Shown: positions 1 through 9,600 of the stretch, one piece after another | Position numbering within the stretch: the stretch's first letter is position 1 | How the letters are laid out: the number at the start of each line of letters is the position of its first letter | Source of the DNA: Catajapyx aquilonaris | Taxonomy: Eukaryota | Direction: 5' to 3' | NCBI GenBank assembly: GCA_000934665.2 | Contig: KZ538482.1 | Coordinates: forward strand, 46,893 to 66,892 | DNA: 20,000 bases | Position numbers and translations under genes: made by a program | The notes under the pieces: generated by a model | The model's database searches: none | What the model saw: the letters and a program-made list of their open reading frames with translations, nothing else | What the model was told of the DNA's origin: nothing

Positions 1-30
1 AATGGCTACTTTTACGCTCTTTTTTTACAG

Positions 31-103
31 TCATCTGAAGAATCCCGCTGTTGCAGCCAAGATCCAAAAGCTGCTGGAGTCTGGCCTGATCGCCATTCAT
101 TAA
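31..103 (+). CDS. STIP1: Final coding exon of Hsp70/Hsp90-organizing protein (Hop/STIP1), C-terminal DP2 end
   Basis: Acceptor ttttttacag ends at 30; 32-103 reads HLKNPAVAAKIQKLLESGLIAIH*, matching the recalled STIP1/Hop C-terminus (human ...[23 protein letters not shown]). Upstream exons lie outside the window. Confidence 0.9.
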
Positions 104-743
104 CAAGACAATTTGCGAATTTTTTATTATTTTTTGAGCTCTGCGGGACCGAGTTATGTTCGATGGTTTTTTTGCAACATTTGTTTAGTTTTTTTAAAAA
201 GTGTGGCTAATCTCAGCTGAGGTGGTAGGTTACTTGAAAGTTCCATTAAGTTGCGCCAGCAGTCAGGTGTGGATATTATTTGTTTCCTTTTGTATGACGA
301 CTGCTGCAATTTTGAGCTGGGCTGATGTGGAGATGTGTCCCCCGAAACATTTGCAAACAAAGAAGTGGCAAAGGAGTCGCACCTCGCACACATCCCAGTA
401 CCTGCTGCATCTTTTTTTTTTTTTTTTCGTTGTTGTTAAATAATATGACGCAGATGCAATTTCTTTTGCTTCTTGCCATAAGCTGGTTGTAACCATGCTG
501 TGCATATATGGAAGAAAAAGAAAAAAAAAAAGTGGAAACAGGTAGCCTCGTGCACTTTGTCAATGGCATTACTTTCCATCTTTCTAAAATGACGATAGAA
601 AAGGGCAGGTTGATTCTTTCTCATATGTTGTATGGATTGGTGGCGACATGTAGGTGTAAGTGAATGAAATGCAGTACGCCATACTGCAAGGAATTGAGGA
701 TTTGCAGTCGTGGGCATCTGGAAAGCAATACGATGGTAGAACG

Positions 744-749
744 AATAAA
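744..749 (+). promoter_or_regulatory. Candidate polyadenylation signal for STIP1
   Basis: AATAAA about 640 nt after the STIP1 stop, followed by T/GT-rich sequence; motif evidence only. Confidence 0.4.
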
Positions 750-852
750 GTGAATGAACCGCAGTATGCCTTTGATTCTATTGTAATTTTGCAGCAACAT
801 TTGCACTGCTGTGTGACAGAAAATCACATTTTAATGAACTTTTCTACTAATC

Positions 853-991
853 AAGGTGTGCGTCTACATGTGGGCGATTTGACGAGTGAAATCTTCGGCT
901 TAGTAACCGAAGTAACCAATATTGTTTGAGGCGAACATCGATTGTTAATTTTAGCCTCGTCGAAGGTCTTGCTCACATGTAAGCGAACCTT
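853..991. mobile_element. Degenerate MITE-like palindromic element, copy 1
   Basis: Ends aaggtgtgcgtctacatgtgggcga and ttgctcacatgtaagcgaacctt are imperfect reverse complements; internal gaggcgaacatcgattgttaattttagcctcg is shared with the copy at 2662-2775. Confidence 0.6.
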
Positions 992-1063
992 TTATTGAGA
1001 AAATTGTTAACGGTTGCACACCATTATTTTTGTGGGTTAACTTTTCAGACATGGCGGATTTTT

Positions 1064-1297
1064 CCGTAATGAAGTACGGTACCTTCATTTTTCACATTTT
1101 TTTGGGTAGGTTGACACATTATTGCATAACACTGTCCAATGGAAGTGAATGTAGCAAGTACTTTTCTGATTTCGGCGTAATGAAGTACGATCCTCTGGGT
1201 ACATGTTCCTTCAATTTTGACTTTTTTTTTTTGTAGGTTGACACATTATTGCACAATCCATTACATGGCAGTGAATATAGCAAGTACTTTTACAGAC
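1064..1297. repeat. Degenerate tandem duplication, ~110-120 bp unit
   Basis: cgtaatgaagtacg at 1065 and 1176; gtaggttgacacattattgca and gtgaat(g/a)tagcaagtactttt each occur twice; a partial third unit lies upstream (~1012-1050). Confidence 0.75.
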
Positions 1298-1388
1298 TTT
1301 AAATTATGTAGCCGTTACTAATTACGTCTCAATAATGAAGTTGCGAATATAAACATGGTGGCAAACATTTAATGAATGTCAATAATTG

Positions 1389-1705
1389 TGACGTCATGTG
1401 GGTATATATTTAATGACACCACAGCGTCTGTGATAACCAATTTGTACTGCGTCAACACGGCCAGGGGCCAGCAACGCACTGGCTTTACATATTACACCAC
1501 CCCCCTTCCCATCAATAATTTTCATTCCCGGAACATACCGGTTCTGTCCGCAACCCTTCAAAAATAGCGCCTAGTTGCAAAACGTCCACCTTATTTCCAA
1601 CCCTGTCTTGTTCCGCCCTGCTCCCTAGAGGCGACAGAACATGCGATCTGATTGGTCCCCGTAACCTCCACTCTGATTGGACCTCTACATCGTACGTTCC
1701 GGAAT
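1389..1705 (+). promoter_or_regulatory. Probable XPO1 proximal promoter
   Basis: CRE palindrome TGACGTCA 1389-1396, STAT-like TTCCCGGAA 1525-1533, two inverted CCAAT boxes (ctgATTGG at 1651 and 1676), ETS-like CCGGAA near 1699, followed by CpG-rich DNA to ~2100. Confidence 0.5.
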
Positions 1706-1776
1706 CCCCCCCCAAAAAACTCCCCCAAAAAATAAAATCGGATAAATTTTTTTTTAAATATATATTTTTTCTCCAG

Positions 1777-1828
1777 GCCCTGGTTCCATGCTGTTTTACT
1801 GGAGCGTGTGCGCGGGCGGCATACAATG
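1777..1828 (+). other. XPO1: Putative 5' UTR exon of XPO1
   Basis: Ends at donor-like ATG|GTGAGG (1829); the first coding exon has an acceptor (ttgcag|3504) 26 nt before the ATG, implying an upstream exon. The 5' boundary is uncertain. Confidence 0.4.
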
Positions 1829-2155
1829 GTGAGGGCGCTGGTGTTTGGAGCCTTCCTTCCTTCCCCCACCACCACCCGCCCTGCCGCTGCTTCCCTCCTT
1901 CCCCAATCCAGTTAATTCCGGTTTTGCGCCCTGGAAAATCGGGGAGGGTTTAGTTGGGCTGGGGAGGGGGACAGGGGACGGGAGGGAAGGAAAAAGAAGG
2001 ATTTCATGAGGCGGCGGCGGCGTCTGTTGTTGCTGCTCTGAAGTCGCCAGTCGTGGTCAACTCGTCCGGTCAAGGTTCGAACACATGTGGGCACCAGCCT
2101 ATAGTTGACATTAGCCCCCCCCCAGGACATGGAACACACAAGGCCTTTTCGCTTA

Positions 2156-2176
2156 TGTGTGTGTGTGTGTGTGTGT
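2156..2176. repeat. (TG)n microsatellite
   Basis: About 10 TG units, seen directly. Confidence 0.95.
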
Positions 2177-2556
2177 AAAGAGTTCTTTTTTGGGGAACCC
2201 GCCTTTCCAGAGTTGAACGAACTGCAACTAGGCCTAGACCAGCCCTGCAGTTTGTTGGCGGAAAGGGGCTGGCATGGAATAAGGTGGACACGATATTGTG
2301 GAGTGCGCAGTCAAGGTGGCACACATGAGCAATGCAGTGTCATGTGAACCGACTCATTTGTTTACAGTAGGAAGTTGATGGAAGCATTGGCGAAACAAAT
2401 GTGGTCGCATATCGTGTCCGCACAGCGGGGCAATGTCGTGTGTAAGGTTCAGGTGTTTGCTGGCGACAGTTGTCCGCACTTGCCAATAGGTATCCCGACG
2501 AAATTGGATTTCTGTGACTTGAAAGTCTTACCCGACTGCTCAAGCTGCTAAAACCG

Positions 2557-2876
2557 TGAAGCGACTTAACTTGTTGGAAGTGATGACGTCCAATAAGATT
2601 AGGCCAGTTAAATTAGGGAATGACATCTGTTTTGAGTAAATGTCATGTGAACAGCCTGCCTAGGTGCTCTTTCATCTGAGTGATTTGACAAGCCAAGTGG
2701 AGTTCGAGGCGAAAACCGATTGTTAATTTCAGCCTCGGCGTCGCTCGTCAAATTGCTCACATGTAAACGCACCTTGAAGTGACTTAACAATGCCGATATT
2801 GTTGGCAGTGATGACGTCCAATAATATTAGGCCAGTTATTCAGGGAATGGCACCGTTTTTAGCGAAACAAATGCCA
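2557..2876. repeat. Diverged direct repeat (~90-100 bp) flanking MITE-like copy 2
   Basis: gttggaagtgatgacgtccaataagattaggccagtta (from 2573) versus gttggcagtgatgacgtccaataatattaggccagtta (from 2801); both are preceded by gaag(c/t)gacttaac and followed by agggaatg. Confidence 0.8.
2662..2775. mobile_element. Degenerate MITE-like palindromic element, copy 2
   Basis: Left end aggtgctctttcatctgagtgatttgacaagc matches the reverse complement of the right end (aggtgcgtttacatgtgagcaatttgacgagc) at 25/32 positions; homologous to 853-991. Confidence 0.6.
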
Positions 2877-3529
2877 GCGGCTAAGAATGCTTTGGAAACT
2901 AGTTGGCAGTCCAGTCCCGTGACCCATTAAAAGTCCAATCAATCAACCCTTGTTTTGGTATGATAATTTGATGTTAGTGTTGCTTGAGACTGTTCTTGCA
3001 GAAGGGAACACCTTAGAGCGAATTTTCATGAAGTGATCGGACAATTTCTCATGACAAAATTAGCATGGCAGTCCGAGGGCATCCCAGCATTAAAGTGTAG
3101 GTTCAGGCGTGCTGATTTTGCCTGCTGACCACTGGGCAGCTACAAGAACACTCCCATAAAGGTGATTCGAGTCTGTTGCAAGGGAATATGAACTCTCGCT
3201 TAACCAAAGTGTCGGGAAAGTGTTGTAAGTTGCCAAGATGCGACACATTTGTTCTGTTGATATGCTCCTGCACCAAAATCAACAAAATTATAATATGCCT
3301 GTCACTGGATGAGCCATGTCGCACCCTGCGAAAACTATCCATGTTTGTCCTTGCAGGGCTTGTAAGCTTGCCCCAAAGCCCTGTGAAGACGAGGATGGAT
3401 ATGGGGATACCATAAGTTAGTCTTTCCTTGCAAAAGAGTGAAACCGGTGATTTTTGTGAAGTACGACAAGTTCCTAATGGTTGTAAATTTTTTGATATTG
3501 CAGCGAGTAGTGGGGACGGAGAAGGCAAG

Positions 3530-3637
3530 ATGACGCTGGCGGAGCAGGCCTCGAAGCTTCTGGATTTTAACCAGAAGCTGGACATCAACCTGCTGGATAG
3601 TGTGGTGGGATGTATGTACACTGGACTGGGCGAACAG
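3530..3637 (+). CDS. XPO1: XPO1 coding exon 1
   Basis: [36 protein letters not shown], donor cag|gtgagt. Confidence 0.92.
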
Positions 3638-6600
3638 GTGAGTCGATGTTGATAGAGTGGATCTGATTTTTTTTGAAAAGAGTGAAAATGGTAGGAAGTG
3701 TGCTGCATTGGGACTGGCAGGTGGATGTTGGGCTAGGTCAGGCTTGTTTTTATGACGTACAGGAAACCTTGAGTGTTTCTGTTGCATGCCATGAGCATAT
3801 GGAAGGGTGGTTATTGTGGACGAGGAAATGCATTATCCCACTTGTCAACCATTGTATGACTTCGCAATATTTATGCCCAAACCATCAGTGGCAGGCGTGA
3901 TAAGGGCCAAGTTTTTGATCATCTGGATATATCTAGATCAGCATGTGTTTGTGATTGGACCCTTGCGTGACTTTCCCAAACCTTAATAGGACCACAGAGT
4001 TGTTTGGATTTACAATGGATGAAACTGGATTAGCAGTGGATTTTTCCAGATTTTACTGGATTTCTCTGAGTGCATTTCACATGCTTATTGCTTCACTCAT
4101 TAAAATTTGAAGTGGGCTTTGGAAATTAGTGACATTTCCCTCAACTTTGAAGCATGGTTTAATTGGGCTAGACTATTTGCATAAAACTTGCGGTGTTTTA
4201 ATAACAAAGTTATGCTCATGGCTTTTGTTTACACTCCCATTATCTGTGATGTTTTGATCAGTTTGTGCAGTTGGATTAGCTCAAACCCTGTTTTTACTCT
4301 TTACATTACAGCAAAGGTTGGCTCAAGAAATTTTGACCACACTAAAGGAGCACCCAGATGCTTGGACTCGAGTGGACACAATCCTTGAATTCTCCACCAA
4401 CCAGCAGACAAAGTATTATGCCCTCCAGATCCTCGAGCAGGTCATCAAGACCCGCTGGAAGGTCCTACCACGCAATCAGTGTGAAGGTAAAAGTTTTTAT
4501 CGGGAAACTTTGCTTGCGGAGCAGAAGTTGTAATGTTGCTTCAAATTTTCAGGTATCAAGAAATACATTGTTGGGCTTATCATAAAGACATCATCTGACC
4601 CTGAAACATTAGAGCGGGAGAAGGTGTACCTGAACAAACTTAACATGATTCTGGTTCAGGTTAGTTAAACATACAGGCAGAAATATCTGGTTTGAATTTA
4701 TTTTTTTCCAGCATTTGATTTCAATTTTCTGGTAGATTCTGAAGCGCGAGTGGCCAAACAACTGGTCATCGTTCATACCTGACATTGTGGGTGCGAGCAA
4801 GACAAACGAGAGCCTATGCCAGAACAATGTAGCCATACTGAAGCTACTGAGCGAAGAAGTGTTTGACTTCTCCTCAGGCCAGTTGACGCAAGCCAAGGCC
4901 AAGCACTTGAAGGACACCATGTGCTCGGAATTCTCTCAGATCTTCCAGCTGTGCCAGTTTGTTATGGACAACTCCCAGAATGCGCCACTGGTTGGAGCCA
5001 CTCTGGAGACGCTGCTCAGGTTTCTCAACTGGATCCCGCTTGGATACATTTTCGAAACCAAGCTGATCAGCACTCTCATTTATAAGGTTGGTGTGGATCT
5101 CACTAGCATGAAAGCAACCCTCTGCAGATATTATGAGACACTCATATGTCCTTCCATTCTTCCTGCTATCAAAATCGCAGCATACAAGCGTGAAAAGGCT
5201 CTTGCACAAAAATGTGTTTATGCTGGAGGGACAGGACATTTGGATTAACATATAGGGTCACTTTTCATTGCGAATCTTTTTTGGGCCGAGCTATACTTCA
5301 ATAGCACAAGGGCATTTCAAATGGGAACATGTTGTGTCCAGTATTTGCATTGTTTTAAACTTTAGAATGGGACGGGAGTGGTACCGATGGAATTTCAGAA
5401 ATTTTTATGCCATTGTTCAATGGTGAAGTGTGTGAAGTCGGAGTAATGCAGGAAAAAGAGGAAGTAATGTTAGCAGTGCAGGAAGCATGATGCAATTCAC
5501 CCTGAGGTGCTGATTCATCTTTGTATGAGGCGTGAGGGTAATACATGCTTCAGCAAACTAAAAACTGCCTGACAGATCCTTGCAAACGTTAGTGTAGGCC
5601 AGTGACGGATGAATATGAATAAATTAATTGAAATAGCCATTGTTTTTTGTAGGGTTGAATATTGGATTATAGTTGTCATTAGAATTCCACAATATCCATA
5701 TAAATTTATTGAGGATGCAAATTGGCAGTAGTTTACGTGTTGTCAAAGTGAGTTTCCGCCACTTTTTATAAGTTGGTGAAGAAGGATTTTATTAATCTGC
5801 CAATTTTTTCCTGCAGTTCTTGAATGTGCCACTCTTTCGGAATGTGACACTCAAATGTCTGACGGAGATCGCAGGAGTGACGGTGGCCCATTACGATGAG
5901 ATGTTCATCATGCTGTTTGTCCAGACGATGGCCCAGCTGGAGCAGATGCTTCCCTTGGAGACAAATGTGCGAGAGGCATATGCCCACGGGCAGGACCAGG
6001 AGCAACAATTTATCCAGAACTTGGCTCTGTTCTTGTGCACATACCTCAAGGAGCACTCCAGCCTGGTGGAAAAGAAGCAGCCAGACGTGCTGCTCAAGGC
6101 CCTGCAGTACCTCTTGCTCATCTCGGAAGTGGAGGAGGTCGAGATATTCAAGATATGCCTGGAATACTGGAACGCGCTGGCAGCTGATCTGTATCGGGAG
6201 AACCCCTTCCCTGCGCCCTCCTCGCCCCCCATGCTGCCATTCCTCACCAAAACGACTGCCATGCCCAGGAGACAGTTTTACGGGCCTGTTCTTTCAAAGG
6301 TCCGTTTCATTTTGGGATTGTACTCTCTGGAGTAATAACCTTTTATTTTTTATTTTTTACTGCTGCTGACATTGTGCCCATACAAAAGGAACTAAAACCT
6401 TCTCTCTTGCTGTGCAGCTGAGGTATATAATGATCAGCCGCATGGCCAAACCAGAAGAAGTGCTTGTGGTGGAGAATGAGAATGGGGAGGTGGTCCGTGA
6501 GTTCATGAAGGACACGGATTCTATCAACCTGTACAAGAACATGCGTGAGACCCTGGTCTACCTCACTCATTTGGATTACGTGGACACCGAGCGAATCATG

Positions 6601-9600
6601 ACAGAGAAACTGCAGAATCAGGTCAATGGAACCGAGTGGTCCTGGAAGAATCTGAACACGGTGGGCAGATCGTTAATTGAAATTGTTAGGCTAGAAGCCT
6701 CTTCCTTTCGAAGCTCTTGAATACATGTGCGTTTTTTTTTTTTTTTGAACCGTTTGCAGTTGTGTTGGGCTATTGGGAGCGTGTCTGGTGCTATGCATGA
6801 GGAGGATGAGAAGCGCTTCCTGGTGATAGTGATCAAGGACCTGCTGGGCCTCTGCGAGCAGAAGAAGGGCAAGGACAACAAGGCCATAATTGCATCAAAC
6901 ATTATGTATGTTGTAGGCCAGTACCCACGTTTCCTAAGAGCCCACTGGAAGTTTCTCAAGACTGTGGCCAACAAACTATTTGAATTCATGCATGGTAAGT
7001 GCACCTATTTGCTTATTTCTAGACAAATGTGAATGACTATTTTTGGGGGATCAGGAGATGACTGCATGTATTAAAATTGCAGCTTGTAATCATTCAGTAG
7101 CTTGCTTTTTATCATTCTGGAAATCTGTATTGTTTCTTTTCTGAACGTTGCTGTAATTTTTCTGAGTTAAAAGGGCAAGTTGGCAAGTCTAGACACATTG
7201 GGAATCGTGCGTGTAAAGCTTTGGCAGCAGATAAACATAATAGTTTGTCAAATATATTTTCAACATTTTACTGATGAGTTTGTGAGGGGGGGAAATTAAC
7301 AAGTAATGACCTTTTGCACGTGATGATAATCAAATTCTCTAGGCGCCGCATTAGGATGTAAGACTTGGGTGTACACATAAAAAAGGGGAGAAAAAGGAAG
7401 GGTGAATACTTATCTGATATCGGAAACTAAATCAAATTCTTGCTGTCGAGAGTGGCTTGATTGCCATTTACTTTCTGTCCTGCCAAAAATTACATCCCAA
7501 CATGGAAATTATGTGTACTGGAGATGTGTCGCAACTTGTCAACTTTCCTATGTGTGCAAGTTGATGCAGTGAGAGTCTAATGGGAATTTGGAATGTAGCA
7601 ATGATTTTTTTATTTATTTTTGGCTAAAATTGCTATGAGAAAAAAAAAAATTAATGCAAATGTGGTGCAGTGTTGAAGCTGAGATATTAATCAAGTGCCA
7701 TCACCAATTTCCTTGCCAGTGTGTGTGTCGTGAGTGGTGACCATGATCCTTCATCATTAGTAACAAGTAGGAACTTTAGCTAGTAGTCACATGAGAATTT
7801 TTCATTATTATTTGAATATGAAATTTGGCCTGAGACTAAGAGAGGTTTTTCATGCTGCTCCCCATCCGAACCCCCTATTCCCGTCAATCCCCCGCTGCTT
7901 CTTTGATGCGCCTTTGCAGAAACTCATGACGGCGTGCAGGACATGGCTTGCGACACCTTCATCAAGATAGCGCAGAAGTGCAGGCGTCACTTCGTTACTG
8001 TGCAGGTTGGGGAAGTGATGCCCTTCATCGAGGAGATCCTGAGCACCATCTCCACCATCATCTGCGACCTGCAGCCTCAGCAAGTGCACACCTTTTACGA
8101 GGCTGTGGGCTGCATGATCAGTGCGCAGTCGGACCAGTCAGTGCAGGAGCATCTCATAGAGAAATACATGTTGCTGCCCAACCAGGTCTGGGATGATATC
8201 ATCGGTCAGGCTTCAAAGGTAAGGCAACTGAGGATTTTAAGGAGAATTTCTGTGCTGTTGGAATTATCAATTTTATGGTCCAACTTGTACAGCACGTTAT
8301 TTATCGTTACAATTTTATTGGCTTTTTATGTACTAATGTTGTCATCAAGAGGAGGCGCCGAATAATCTGGTACATTAAGTAATACTTTGATGATTTTCAC
8401 ACACGCAGAATGTGGATGTGTTGAAAGACCAGGAGGCAGTGAAGCAGCTAGCGAGCATCTTGAAGACAAATGTGCGTGCATGCAAGGCCCTTGGTCACCC
8501 GTACGTGATCCAGCTAGGTCGCATTTACTTGGACATGTTGAATGTGTACAAGGTGATGAGTGAGAACATCAGCGCAGCGATTGCCCTGAACGGGGAAGCA
8601 GTGACCAAGCAGCCGCTCATAAAGAGCATGCGGGTGGTAAAGAAGGAAACCCTCAAACTTATATCGGATTGGGTGAGTCGCTCGAGCGACCCCCAAATGG
8701 TACTGGAGAACTTCATCCCCCATCTGCTTGACGCTGTGCTGCTGGACTACAGGCGCACTGCTGTGCCCTCGGCCAGGGAGCCAGAGGTCCTTGCCTGCAT
8801 GGCCACCGTGGTTAACAAGCTGGAGAGGCACTTGACGGCGCAAGTGCCCAAGATCTTTGATGCTGTCTTCGAGTGCACCTTGGCCATGATCAACAAAGAC
8901 TTTGAGGAGTATCCTGAGCACAGGACAAATTTCTTCCTTTTGTTGCAGGTCTGTTGCGCTCATTCGTCTTCATGCTTCATACTTTTATTTCATTTCATAT
9001 ATTTGTATGGGATTGATGTGACAGTTATGCAGCCCATCATGTTGATAAAAAATGTAGTTTTTGGAGTAGAACACTTCCACATCTTGATCTAGACAAGTTG
9101 AACTGATCCCGCAACTGTTGCACTTTTCGATTGTTACAGGCTGTGAATAGTCATTGCTTCCCTGCCTTCCTGGGCATCCCACCAGCGCAGTTTAAGTTGG
9201 TGCTAGACTCCATCATCTGGGCTTTCAAGCATACCATGCGCAATGTGGCTGATACAGGACTTCAGGTCAGTGTGTTTTTGCCTGATATACGTAGTTCATT
9301 TAATCTCAAGTCCATTGTATTTTCCGACAGATATTGTACCAGCTCTTGCAAAATGTGGGCCAACACGAGCAGGCAGCTCAAAGCTTCTACCAGACCTATT
9401 TCATGGACATTCTGCAACACACATTCTCTGTAGTAACGGACACATCTCATACTGCAGGTACGGATATTTCAGGGTTCTGAGTGGTTCAGTTTAATTCCAT
9501 TATTGGTTCTGTGTTGGGCATGGAATTGCCAGTCTTACATTTTAAAAATTGATGTCATAATTAATACAAATCGTTGCATATGTTGTCCTCGGATGTTTGT

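Noticed and set aside
2043..2096. tRNA/SINE-like stretch (GGTTCGAAC ... GGCACCA)
   Set aside because: The T-stem is mismatched and there is no D arm, anticodon arm or convincing A box.
2580..2679. C/D snoRNA candidate in the duplicated block
   Set aside because: The only D box falls inside the MITE-like arm, and the second copy has none.
3103..3787. Long minus-strand ORFs (201 aa and 150 aa) and other antisense ORFs over XPO1 and gsc exons
   Set aside because: They overlap real + strand exons, consistent with antisense shadows of biased codon usage, and contain no recognisable domains.
3742..3860. Two adjacent hairpins resembling an H/ACA RNA in the first coding intron
   Set aside because: No ANANNA hinge or ACA tail in the expected positions.
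4006..4064. Recurrent tggat(t) at ~10-bp spacing
   Set aside because: Too degenerate and short to separate from low-complexity sequence.
6300..6314. Intron start translates VRFIL, mimicking the next exon's LRYIM, suggesting intron gain by duplication
   Set aside because: Nucleotide similarity is low, the initial Val is forced by the GT donor, and as I recall human XPO1 has an intron at the same position, so the intron is probably ancient.
7320..7417. C/D snoRNA candidate (GTGATGA ... CTGA) in an XPO1 intron
   Set aside because: No terminal stem, no clear C'/D' boxes and no convincing rRNA guide of 10 nt or more.
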